Origin: Macrostomum lignano | Lineage: Eukaryota | Assembly (NCBI GenBank): GCA_002269645.1 | Contig: NIVC01000130.1 | Location: 496,001 to 560,000, forward strand | Length of the DNA: 64,000 nt | Reading direction: 5' to 3' | Shown: positions 1 through 11,928 of the stretch, in pieces | Layout of the letters: each line of letters opens with the position of its first letter | Numbering within the stretch: the stretch's first letter is position 1 | Translations under genes and position numbers: made by a program | The notes under the pieces: model-generated | Seen by the model: only the letters and a program-made list of their open reading frames with translations | What the model was told of the DNA's origin: nothing | Database searches by the model: none

Positions 1-1822
1 GACTATCTCCAAATATTCTTTTTGATTTTTTTAGAATTCTAGCTTATCAAAATTATGATATTTATGAAAAGTTAGAACCTTTTTTAATCTTTATAATTGA
101 ACAAAAATGGTAAATTGTATCATAAAAGGTAATTAGCTATAAAATATAGAACCAATATATAGGTTATATTATATTATACTATATTATTTATAATTATAGG
201 GCTAGGCCAGCCAATAGGTATCTAGAAAAATATTAGAATCCTTAAGTTCAGTCTCTATATTGGAATAAATAGAAAAAAGCATCCAACTAGGCCATCCATC
301 GCAATTTTGAAATTTTCTAGATTGTGTTGCAACTAGAGTTTAGGTAGGTATTGTGATATAGTGTGGTGCAGTTTTTGGGTAAATGGCAGGAATAACTATG
401 ACTCTCTTATTAAGGCTAAATACCTTATAATCTAATTAGTACAATGCCTATATTTGGTTTGAATGTGTTCTATATATGGAATTTTGCATTTTTGAGATAC
501 ATTTTTGACCCTCTATTATGCATCTGTATATTTTCTATACTTATTCTAATAGAGTTCAGTCAGCATATAATAAACTATTTTTGATATATATTAAAGTTTT
601 GCTAACATATTTACTAATAGTTTAAATTGCAAAATTCTAAGTGTTTTAAAGCAGATTAGGTCTATTTTCTTTTTTCTATATTTTATCATTATTGCTTGCA
701 ATATGGCTAGAAATCCAACAGCAACTACAACTATTATATCACCAGCTGATTTGCAATCTATGTGCGAAGTTACACAACTGAATCTAAATCATTCTTTTAA
801 ACTATTGAACACTTCAATGAGTTTTTGTATGACATGTTTTGACATGGTTTGTCAGTTTTATTGTTAACAATCATAAATCTTCATTAACAGTTTCATTTAA
901 AATGAAAAAATAATTTAACATATAAAACTATAGTTATGCTGTCTGAAAATATGTTAGCAAAAGTTATAGGCCTATATACATTTAAGTTTTGACCTGTCAA
1001 AAATTATAAATAGAAAATTTAGGCCTACTTTTTTTATTTTTCAATAGGTTGGCTTTATTGCTTAAAAATAACAATCAAGATTCAATCTTTATTAAATTTA
1101 AAATATTTAGGCTAAGCCTAGCTTGCAAGAGGAAAAAGAAGTGTCTTTACAACTAGCATCTTAACTTTTTATCTCTTGTCATAAATATCTGTTTTCAGGC
1201 TATAGGCCTATAGGGTAGGGCAACAAAGCTAACTAGCTGAACAATAAAGAAAGACATTTTTAAACAAAAACTGAGACTTTTTAAATACCAATTTTAGAAC
1301 TAGAATCAAGAGATTGACAAAGAGTAAAACTCTTTTTTGGAATATTTTTATATTGAGAGAAAGAGAACTAAGCCAAAAGCTAGACAACTAGGCCTAGTAC
1401 CATATTAAATACTACAAAAATGCTTACCTTTACAAAAAATCTGTAGACTTGTTCTCTCAAATTACTTTCTTTCCATGTTTAGCCTATTTAGAAACAAAAA
1501 ATAGACCTACCTAACAACCCTTCTAAAACTGAAATATGAGACATTCTCTCAGGAAGCTTGTAGGTTCTATGAATCTATGGAGCAAGAAATAGTTTTAATA
1601 TTCTTCATTACCTAACTGAGTGCCCACAAACACTAGAAATTAGGAAAAATAGCATACTTTTGTAAATACCTTCTAGACACCAACCAGATAGGCTTACATT
1701 AAATAAGGTATGCTACAAATGAAAATAGTCAGAAAACAGCTTAATGGAGTAGGCCTAGCTAAAATTTACAATGCCATGTACAGTTAAAATTATTTACTTG
1801 AAATATAGGCCTATAACATGTA

Positions 1823-3750
1823 GGCATTCTTTCGGATGACAATCACCTGAAAAGTGACGATCACCAAAGATTCACCAATGTAAAAGTTCTGGGTAATTGA
1901 AATTGAAAGTAAGAAAGCGAGTCAAACAAATTGTCCAGAAATTAAAAAACCCAACATTGGGGCTATCAGTCGTGAATCGTGTATTTCGTAGTAACCGCCA
2001 CGTGTATTAAATCAATTTCGGATGGAATGATTGTCTTCCGAAACTACAGCTTGGCAATTCTAGAAAAAAATTAGTGTCTCAAAGTTTAATATCTAGTGAA
2101 CATAAGTCAGTTTTGGAAGACGATCATTTTAATATGAAGGTAGCCCTGAAATAATCGCGTTCCGAAAGTACAGAGTTTTTATTGTCTTAGGAGCAGTAAT
2201 CATTTCATTCAACAGACAGAAGTTCAAAGTTGAGGCCAAAGAGGCGCTCATCCGAAACCCGTGGAGCACCATCCAAGGGGTAGACGTGCTTTAAGTCCTG
2301 GAAGAACTCATGGACAAACTGTTTCATTTCTTTGTTACGGTGGGAGCGGTACATTAGCTCGACTAGGTATGAAGCGAAGTGTAGTGCGCTAGTTCCACGC
2401 ATGTTCTTAAATTTGGCTTTTGCAGTACCCCAAAAGCCCTCAATGCAATTCGTGTGTATGTCTTTCTTCTCGCCATTTCATTCAATAGTCGTCTTAAAGT
2501 GCTCTTTGTGGCAGACAACCCAGTGACTGTAACCCATGTGTTCCAAGTCAAGGTAAGCAGACCAGCCGTCACTGAATACAGTCGTTCCGGGGAGAATGAA
2601 CTTCTCAATTAAAGGTAGAAGAGTTTCTTTTGACCTGTTTTCAACAGGCCAAATGACAGTACGGCCATCGTGTCTGTCTGTCATGCCGAAAATCCAAATT
2701 TGTTGGCCCAGTTTCGCACCTCGGTTATATTTCATCTTTCGGCCAAAGAGGGACTCATCTATTTCAACGATGTGTACATGTCCGACACCGCCAAGAGAGA
2801 TCGTATCTCGACGTGTCTTGAACCATTCACACATTACGTCTCGAATGAAGTGGCCCCATTGCACGGCTGCCTCCGCTTCAATGCCGTACATGGCGCGCAG
2901 TGAACTGTGGGTTATAATATGGATGCACCCCCCCCCTCAGTTTCGGAAGGCGATCATTCTAATTGTAATTTGTACATTGTAATGATCGTCAACCGAAAGT
3001 ACATGGCTTACCTTTGCGGAGTCTTCAGAAGATTACCAATGCAGTACCCAATGATGTCCATTGGATTCAGTTTAGAATTCTCGAAAAAAGTTCCCCTTCT
3101 AATGGAGACTCTTTTTTCATGTGCTCCAAATGGCAAACCAGCTCCCTTCTTGCACCGGAACACGACGCCGTCTGTCGAATTATGGGCCTTGACAATGTTC
3201 ATTGACGATGCACAGGGCAGGGCATGGTTTCCGGAAGCAGTCCTTCTCTTTGAAGAAGGCCAATCCAGTTTTCAGCTGTAATAAAGCGCCATGACATGGG
3301 ACACACCAGTTCCTCGATATGCTCCAGTGGCTTCAAATCAACAAACAAGCCGGCATGTTCAATTTTCCGTTCTTTGGCAGGTTTTGAGCATGCCATAGTG
3401 AGTGCTACTGAAATATGAGAAAGAAAAGCTGTAGTTTCGGATCACGATCATTTGTATTCAAAAGTATCATTGAAATGATCGCATTCCGAAACTGATTATA
3501 TACACGTCCATGACAGAAATAATGCTATTGATGTTGCTGGTTTTAAATTGGAAAGTTTCTCTGTTTTTCTGTAGTTTCGGATCGCGATCCTTTCTATTCA
3601 AAACTTATATTGAAATGATCGCCTTCCAAAACTAATTATATAGTTGCCGTTTTACCATGATTTCTACAGCACAGTATACCATTTTCATAGGTGATCGTCA
3701 ACCGAAACTTGTAAGAAACAGAATGATCGTCATCCGAAAGAATTAATGCC
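1823..3750 (-). mobile_element. Merlin (IS1595/ISXO2-like) DNA transposon, full length but defective
   Basis: Imperfect TIRs: GGCATT-CTTTCGGATGACAATCA at 1823 versus the reverse complement of 3724-3750, GGCATTAATTCTTTCGGATGACGATCA. Flanks AACATGTA (1815-1822) and AACATGGA (3751-3758) form an 8-bp TSD with one mismatch. Internal DDE transposase. Confidence 0.9.
2205..3396 (-). pseudogene. Merlin/IS1595-family DDE transposase pseudogene (one intron, 2905-3011)
   Basis: Motifs VEIDESLFGRKMKYNRG, FSDGWSAY and HTNCIEGFW. Frameshift at ~3200 (CPVHRQ/MNIV). GT-AG intron joins TPQS-SLRAMYG in frame. In-frame TGA at 2478-2480 lies between HFKTTIE and NGEKKDIHTN. Confidence 0.88.
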
Positions 3751-4984
3751 AACATGGATATATATATGTATAACAGAATAGTACTAAGTCTGCTTCTTAG
3801 GCCTATTCCTACCATCATATTCTTGTACAGTCCCTTGGCATATTTACTCGCAGAATAGTATTACCATTTACCAATACCGCTATATGCTTTCAATAAATGA
3901 CTAATTATTTTTATTCATTTTTGCAATAACTTTTGTCCATTTATCACCTTATGTATTTCCTATTTAATCGCCATTAAGTTGTTAGATGTTAAAAGTTGCT
4001 CATTTTCAGGCTTTCAAATAATATAGGGCCTATATTTACAATAATTGCCAAATATTATGAGCAATCCTTCTATTCAATATTTTTCATTGACAGAATAATG
4101 CTTAATTACCTATTTTAAATCGCATTGTGAGCTTTGTACTCACAATGGTTTTTGCCAAAGTACACTAAAGTAGGCCTACTTTCTGCATATTAATGTACTA
4201 AGCAGGGGGGACTTGGGAGTCTGTAAGTTTGAGTATGGAACAGATGGAGCTTTGGCGTCTTGCAGGCTTCTAGATTGATAATGTTTCCTTCCAGATAATG
4301 CCTTCTTCTTCCAGATAATGCCCTCCGGGTCGTTCTCAAAATCAGGAATTACGCGATAAAACAAGAAATAAAATCTTCGACCCTGAACCAGCCTTTCATG
4401 CAAAACAAGCAACAGGGTAAACGTAGCTGTTGAAAGAAAAGTACTTTATTTATCAATCGAAACAGTGAAATTGGTACGGTTGTCAAAGCAACTGTCTACT
4501 GAGTCATTTCATCAATTTAATATTTCCATTTCTTCGATGTAACGCTAAGACGGTGTCATGTTTTGTGAAAAAATTCAATGGGAAAGAAACATCAGAAATA
4601 AACTATTTTGCACAGGAAGGAAGAAAAGAACATTAGAATTTGCTTCTTATTAAAGAATGACTGCTTAGTGATTTGTTCCTTGACTTAAACACAATCTTTC
4701 ATCACTTAAACGCATCACTGTTCTAGTTACTAGCAGTTAAATTGTACAAATATATTGCTAGTTTTATAGGTAAAAGCAATGCATATGGCGTCTTTTGGCG
4801 TTTTTTGTGCCTTATAATGTGATCTTTGTATTTGTAATGTTTTTATATGGATTAGTGCACCACAGTTGTTGCAATATTTTTTTATACAATTAATTGCTAC
4901 TAAGACAGGCACAAGCCAATAAACGTTGGGACCATAGTTTTGCAACACTGGAATAAGATAATGACCAAAAAAAGCAGTAGAGTG

Positions 4985-5355
4985 GAGAACTGGGTGTCTT
5001 ACAGGAGCATTTTTGTGCTTTTTTAAATACATTGCCTCTGAGCCCCACAATTAAGCAAAGCATCTGAAAAACATGCACTTTTGCATGTGTCAAAATGTTG
5101 GGACTGCCATCATGGGTCACTGAAAGAACTGATTGGGCCGAATTTTTTGGAGAGTGTTAGACTAGGTGTCTTATGGGAGCATTTTTTTGCATTTTTAAAT
5201 ACATTGCCTCTGAGCCCCACAATTAAGTAAAACATCTGAAAAAAACATGCACTTTTGCATATGTCAAACCATTGGGACTGCCATCATGGGTCACTGAAAG
5301 AACTGATTGGGCTGAATTTTTGGAGAATGTTTTACTAGGTGTTGTGTAGGAGCAT
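4985..5355. repeat. ~172-bp tandem duplication (2 copies plus partial), possibly subterminal region of a DNA transposon
   Basis: ACATTGCCTCTGAGCCCCACAATTAAG...GGGACTGCCATCATGGGTCACTGAAAGAACTGATTGGG occurs at ~5030 and ~5203. Confidence 0.75.
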
Positions 5356-5690
5356 TAATTTTTTAAAAGAAAATATCGCATATAAGCCACAAAAATATGT
5401 TAACAATTTAGAAACCAGGCAATACATACAAACTGTAATTTATGAGTAAGGGATCCAGTAGCATTTTAAACTTGAAATTAAAATTGATGTTTTAAATTAG
5501 ATATTAGATCTCAATGACTGAAAGAATATGAATCAAGTGGCTTTACTTGTAGAAATTGGTCCATCAAAAAAAGTTTTGGCCATTTGGAAAATTTTACTTT
5601 GAAATGTACAGTTTCTTGCAAAAAAATCCGGAATTTGGTGTCCCAATAAGCAAGTAGCTATTAGCATTATTTAACTATACTATAGTATAA

Positions 5691-6593
5691 AACTATACGG
5701 CGAAGTACCACAAAGAGGTACAGGCGGCGCACTTTGGCGACAAGGATCAGGTGGTGCTTCATCAAGGCGTGGCCTACATGGCTGGACATCAACCTTGCTC
5801 ATTCGCAACGGTATCAGGAGAGAGGAGTAAGACGGCGGAGGCCATCGCCGCTCATCTACAACCAGTCCTTCGCCACTTTAAGGAGAAGCACGATGTCGAT
5901 AAGGACGCCTTTAGCCAACTGGACCAGATCGTCATCGTCTCTGATTCGCCATCCAGCCAGTATAGAAATCGCAAGATGGTTTTCTTATTCGACCGCCTGA
6001 TGAAGATCATGAGGGTGTCAAGCTGGCGTTGGATCTACACAGAGGCCGGACACGGCAAGGGTGCTGCGGATGGAGTTGGAGCGGCTATCAAACGCCGCTG
6101 CGATGAAGTCGTGGCTAGCCGGCAGGACGTTGTAACACCTCAGGATGTTATGGAAGCCGTCAGATCGGGTAGCCCTCTGCACATACTCACATGGTTGGTT
6201 CAGCCAGAGGACATGAACTATTTCACAAGCATCATCACCTTCGTGGGTGAGGACCTCTGCGGCATGCCAGGCTCGAAGTCGATGCACGACGTCTCAAGGA
6301 CTGATGGTGGGCCGATCACTTACCGTCAGCTGTCCTGCATGTGCCCTGGTACAGCAGTAGCCTGCCCATGCCACGAGATGAAAGTGTGGGCGCCGCTGAT
6401 GCTGCCGGAGGCGCCAGCTCCTGATACTGCAACGAGTGGACTCAGATGTGGGCGTGGAGGTGGACGTGGACGCCGAGGTGGACGAGGACGCGGAGGTGGA
6501 CGCCGAGGTGGACGAGGACGCGGAGGTGGACGTGGACGTGCAAGTGGTGATGAAAAGGCGTTGCTCCCTTATGACTTTTGCAACGAACCTTAG
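5691..6593 (+). pseudogene. 5'-truncated cut-and-paste transposase, Sola-like (DDD type), with RG-rich tail
   Basis: The frame extends upstream of the listed ORF to NYTAKYHKEVQAAHF-x4-QVVLH. Motifs SDSPSSQYRN and YTEAGHGKGAADGVGAAIKR follow. The first catalytic Asp block is missing. The Sola assignment is from recalled motifs. Confidence 0.65.
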
Positions 6594-6761
6594 GTAGCTC
6601 ATCTCATCTCTCTAACTATCCTATATATCCTATATACTAAAAATGAAATCCTATCCTAATTGTACGTGCTATATACCATTAAAGTAGGGGTTGATTTGCT
6701 CACATATATATATTATATAAAGTTAGGCGCAAGTAGTACAAGTAAGGTGAACCATTCGTAT

Positions 6762-7665
6762 TTAAATCCGAATGCGGAACGAGGCCTCCATCGGCTGCGG
6801 CAGAGACAAGGGAGTTGGCCTCCTTAGAGTCGGCATCTCCAGCGGCGTTGAGGTGGGCGGTGCAGCAGGCTCCGCTGTTGCAGCAGGATGGACTGCGGCA
6901 GCGAGCTGTTGTATTAGCTGTTGGTTCTGCTGCATCTTCGCGGTCATCAATGCGTTGACATTGATGCTAGGAGTTGTCGGGTTGAGGGTGGCAGCAGTGA
7001 CCGGCGCAGTAGGAGTAGCAGCCAGTTGTTTTGGGCCCCGGTCGGTCCCGGCGAGGTCGTAGCGGTCGTTAAAGTTGGGTGTCAAAGAGGCATCAGGACC
7101 AGTGGGGGCTCCAGAACTAGTGCCAGCGGTGGCAGCAACAGCGGTCGGAGTGGGCGGCATGGTATGCGCCAGAGCAGTAGTGGTTGCAGAAGTGGAGGTG
7201 GTGTCGCCGGCATCCATCGAACGCATAATAACCATGAATTATTTGAAGAGTTGTGAACGCTCTGCTACCAAATTTGTCGCTTGGACAACAAACTAATGAG
7301 CAGTTAGTAAATGGAGTGTATTTCGTGGCAGTGGAAGCAAAAGGTAAAGCAGAAAGAAAGGAACATGGACGCGCTTGAGGGGAGCAAAGCTAAGAGAAAC
7401 CTGTAACGGAGAGGAGGTCTTGTACATAGATATAAAAGTGGTAAACGCAAAGGATGAGGTCACTATTGCTGGAATTGCTTGGCTAAACGGTAGGGATGAG
7501 GTCATAGACAGTAAATAAGGTTAGCTGCAACTAATTAATGTGTTAAAGGGACTAAAAGTACATGAAAACGTAAGACGAAGGTGAAGGCCCAAAAGAGGCG
7601 AAGTATTGGAGGATTATAATCCGACACCCATGATGTCAAAACTCGGTCCATCACATCCTGTTACA
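6762..7665 (-). mobile_element. Truncated LTR retrotransposon: 5' LTR (~7275-7665), PBS and gag-like N-terminus
   Basis: The minus strand starts TGTAACA at 7665 and ends ...GACA at 7275. TGGTAGCAGAG (7270-7260) matches the 3' end of animal initiator tRNA-Met. An Ala/Thr/Pro/Gln-rich ORF follows at 7235-6762. No pol or second LTR is seen. Confidence 0.7.
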
Positions 7666-9354
7666 TTTCTTTAAACTAGTGTTAAATGCACACTATGTTT
7701 AAAATACTATCATTCTTCATGCACTATTTTTATTGATTCAGGGGCAGTCAAGTCCAAGCATGACTGTTTCGATAGCTTCATTATATAGTTCCTTCATGCC
7801 TACATATACAGATAAATGTTTTTTAATTTACCCATTTCATCAAATTGTTTTCAGTTGTTTTTGTCCTGCAGTAACGTTTGTAAATCCTTTTGGATTGTAA
7901 TACTTTAGCATAAACCAGTCAGTATACATGTACTTTTTAAATTTCTTCTTGTTTAATAATATTGTATCCATTCATAGCAGACTAGAGTATATAGCTGTTT
8001 GCAAGACTACATTTCTTGCAAGAATAAAAAATATAAGACAAGAAAATGTCTTATTTATAATAAATAATCACATTTAGAGTCGAACATAGATAATTCTACA
8101 GAATATCAGGCTGCATTCATATGTACCATATATTAAGATGTTCAAACTCCAATATTCCATGCATATTTACAATGCAACAAAGCTTTTTGCAATCATATTT
8201 CATTTCTGTGCTTGATTTGTTTTGTCTCTTCTTTCCAGTTTTTGCATCTTCTTGCACTTTTTGAGACTATACACAATGCACACGAATTTTCTCAGCTCTT
8301 TATATGCCATGTGTGCTATATTTAAACTGCCTTTGTAATTTCGTACTTACTATAAAGCTTCTCTATTATACACTACACTCATGCTTTAATTTTGCTGTAG
8401 ATGTATAAATATATTCTTTTTCCGTCTGAAGCAGAATTCTGAGTTAAAATATGAGTACATATAGATCTTCCTATAGATTTTTGAATCATCCAAAAGGATA
8501 ATGTGATACAAAAACTTTGCAATCATTCTTGAAACCACAGATATGAATTAGCGCCTAGCGGGATACTAAATTTCGCGCATAAATGCACATATCAGTCGTT
8601 CACGCTAAGAAATGTAGCTAACAATTTTCAGATAATGTTTTGAATTACTATATTTGCGTTTTCCAACGCAATGCGCGTTGTAATTAATTTGTAAATAGCA
8701 AGAAAATGTCACGAACAAAGCAATGTAATACTTGAGTTAGTAGCAGGCTGTTGCGAGTTGTTCAAATTGTTCAAAGTTAAACGAATGCGTATCATAGGTA
8801 TACAGTTATATTATAACAAAATATGTTCATTTAAGGGTTCGGCGCTGCTTAAACAGAAAATTAATTAAATGAAATGATCTATTTTAAAATAATAAATTAC
8901 TCTATAGACTTTGACGATGATATGCTGGTGTATTTCTAGTTTTCGTGCAATAAAATAATTCCGATGATAATATTTAAACAAAGCGGCATTTCATGCTGTC
9001 CTGACATTTTGTTGTGGTTTACGACACAAAATACGTTTGTTGCATCTATATTGCGTTCTTATGTAAAGATTGCGTCACGAATTTTTAAAGAAAAAAAACG
9101 GAAGCATAAGCAGTGCCTGATTTTGAGAACGACCCCTCCAGATAATTCCTTCCAGATAATGCGCGTTTCCTTCCAGATCTCAGCTTTCAGCTTCGTACTC
9201 ACAATGGTTTTTGCCGAAGTACACTATAGTGATAATATCGTTAAAATTTACAAGAATTGAACCTCTGTACATGCACTTTTTGGTATATTTTTATTTTAGC
9301 CTTTATTGATAGGTTTTTTTTGGTTTTATTTGTTTGTTTTAAGTTTTGATTAGG

Positions 9355-9614
9355 GGCCTTTTCATATTGCTTGTTCTGGTTCCAGAACCAGAACCAATTT
9401 GTGAAGTATAACTTTTTGTCTCCATAACTAGAGAGAGATAAATGCTATAAAGTTTTTATTATTGAATGACAATCGCCAAGAAAAAAGTGAAAAATTGTGC
9501 AAAGTGAGGCTGTTAAGGCAGTCAAATATTCAACGGAATTAAATAGTTATACTGCTGTTTTTCTTGGAAGATCCAAACCGATTCTGATTCTGGAATCGGT
9601 AATATGAAAAGCCT
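9355..9614 (+). mobile_element. ~260-bp MITE, copy 1
   Basis: TIR GGCCTTTTCATATT ... AATATGAAAAGCC; body shared with 9882-10159. Confidence 0.75.
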
Positions 9615-9881
9615 CTAGAGCCTCAGAATGTTTCTTCATACGGTGTTTTAGTTTTTAAAAAGGCATTACATCGAGTATCGTATTTTGCTTATATAAAGTT
9701 ATTATATATGTAGAATTCGCTTAAACGAAATATGGTAAACCAATGTTAACGCATATAATGATTGCTAGAGTTTATTTTGTACTATTTCAGACATGTTTCT
9801 TGGTTATTTTTCGTTTTTTACTTGTATTTTGTTTTATTTTTTGGTACTGGTTCTGGTACTGAAAGTATAGACGTGTCGTTT

Positions 9882-10159
9882 GGCCTTTTCATATTGCTTG
9901 TTCTGCATGGTTCTAGAACCAGATCCAATTTGTAAAGTATAACTTTTTCTCTCCTTAACTAGAAAGAAGGATATACGTGCTTTAAAGTTGTATTTATTGA
10001 AAATTTGCAATAGCCATGAAGAAAACTAAAAATGTGCAACGTGAGGCTGTTAAGGCAGTCGAAAAAAATTCAACAAAGTTAAATCGTTAGGCCTATACTG
10101 CTTTTTTTCTCAGAAGATCCAAACCGATTCTGGTTCTGGAATTGGTGATATGAAAGGCC
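9882..10159 (+). mobile_element. ~270-bp MITE, copy 2
   Basis: GGCCTTTTCATAT ... ATATGAAAGGCC termini; internal GTGAGGCTGTTAAGGCAGTC and GAAGATCCAAACCGATTCTG shared with copy 1. Confidence 0.75.
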
Positions 10160-10559
10160 TAGTTCTGTGGTTAGTCCATATAGTTCATCTGTAAAAACCG
10201 AAAAAAATCCATAAAAATACCATATTTAATACAAATTTGTTATTATCTGATTGATACCTATAGGCTTATTTTTATCACTTATGGAATAAATTGAATTGCG
10301 AATTGCTATACATCAACTTTATACAATACTTGTTTTTTAAATTCCTTACTTACTTTTTCTTTTTGCTTTGTTAGTCGTTAAAGCTCGTTCAAAGTTTCGT
10401 AGATAATATTTAGGCACTCTTTCAAATACTATATTTGTAATGAAATTATAGCTCAATTTTTAATCTTGTACTTTATTTAGAATTTCTTAATTTTATATTT
10501 ATTTTATTTATATTATTTTTAATTGCAGTAGTAATATTGTAGTAGTATATTATGTATTT

Positions 10560-10948
10560 AACATTCACCGACACTTATTCAGACACTTCTACAGAGTACA
10601 GACACTTTAGTTTCTGTTGTACGAATTGTAGGAACAAGCATTAAATTTGTTTATTCCTAACAAACTATCAGTAAACTGCTTTATTTTAAGCTTTTTTGCT
10701 TTATTTTATTAAATATGAATCATGAAATTTGTTATTCTGCATAGATTCTTTTCACATGAAGAAGAATGTTAAATTTGTCCAGGACACTTCCTAATTCATA
10801 TTTAATAAAATAAAGCAAAAAAAGCTTAAAATAAAGCAGTTTACTGGTAGTTTGTGATGAATAAACAAATTTAATGCTTGTTCCTACGATTCGTACGACA
10901 GAAACTAAAGTGTCTATAGAAGTGTCTGAATAAGTGTCGGCAAATGTT
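10560..10948. mobile_element. Foldback/MITE with ~160-bp inverted arms
   Basis: CCGACACTTATTCAGACACTTCTA...TTTATTAAATATGAAT is mirrored by ATTCATATTTAATAAA...TAGAAGTGTCTGAATAAGTGTCGG; spacer ~80 bp. Confidence 0.85.
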
Positions 10949-11656
10949 TCATATGTAGTATATTCGTAGGTTATCTACTTATTGTGTTATTAATTAGTTT
11001 AAAAGAAATATATTCAAATTGGAAAGAGCGTCGCGCTGGGACGGTTCGACGGTCAACTCCGGCTACTGGGTCGTGAGTCACAATGTAGTTTAGCATCTTA
11101 ACACTTAATAACAGCATTCATTAGCATTAGAGCCTTAGGATTATTCAATTCAGTATTCTACTTCATTAGATCATTGACGTTAATAAAAACGCCCAACTAA
11201 GTAGTCACAGTTGCAGTCAATCGTTCAGGTGCTCGCTCAAGTATAAGCATATCGAACTTGAACTAGGCCTACTTAACTTATTATTGCTCACTTCGATTTC
11301 AAATCTGATTGCCATACTTGTTATTGACTTTATTATTTTTAGATAATGTTTCTATATCCTACTACTAGGTACTAGTACACAGTACACATGAGCCCAGCCC
11401 AACATTTTGAAAATTCAAACAAGACCCAAACCAAACCTCTTTCTTTATATATTATTGCAAAACTAAACTGGTACGTACTTATGCATAAGTTTTTCCTTCT
11501 ACTCTTGATCTTTTATTTAATACATTGAAATATACTGGCCAAACAAGCTTCTTGCCTAAGCCAAACTTACTACTAATACTACTACTAGACTAGGCCTACG
11601 AGGGCCTACTACTACTACAATCAGTTCAAATTTTCTAAGAAAAAACAGCATAACTA

Positions 11657-11928
11657 GGCCCCTTTTTTCATTTGTTGAATTTTGACTGCTTAACAGCCTC
11701 AAGGCTCAATTAGAACATTTTTTTACTTTCTTGAAGAAAGTAAAGTTTCTTCCTGGCTAGGCCCTTATTGCCATTTAATAATTACAAATTTATAGCACTT
11801 ATAATTAGTTTATAAATCACTTATAAATCTCTTTAGGCCTAGGCCTAGTCTAGTCTAGTTTATGAGACAAAAAGTTAAATTTTACAAATTGGATCTAGTT
11901 CTAGAACTAAAACAAGCAAATTCTAGGC
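11657..11928 (-). mobile_element. Degenerate inverted copy of the same MITE
   Basis: GACTGCTTAACAGCCTCA and TTTACAAATTGGATCTAGTTCTAGAAC are reverse complements of segments in copies 1 and 2. Confidence 0.55.

Noticed and set aside
1-1820. AT-rich region rich in TAGGCCTA/CTAG words (also ~15240-17550)
   Set aside because: Probably old decayed repeats; no boundaries, ORFs or motifs could be supported.
2478-2480. In-frame TGA in the Merlin transposase as selenocysteine or readthrough
   Set aside because: The same gene also has a frameshift and no SECIS is evident; simple decay or sequencing error is more likely.
7700-8560. Possible decayed zinc-finger or transposase coding remnant on the minus strand
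   Set aside because: Scattered Cys/His residues but many stops and no interpretable motif.
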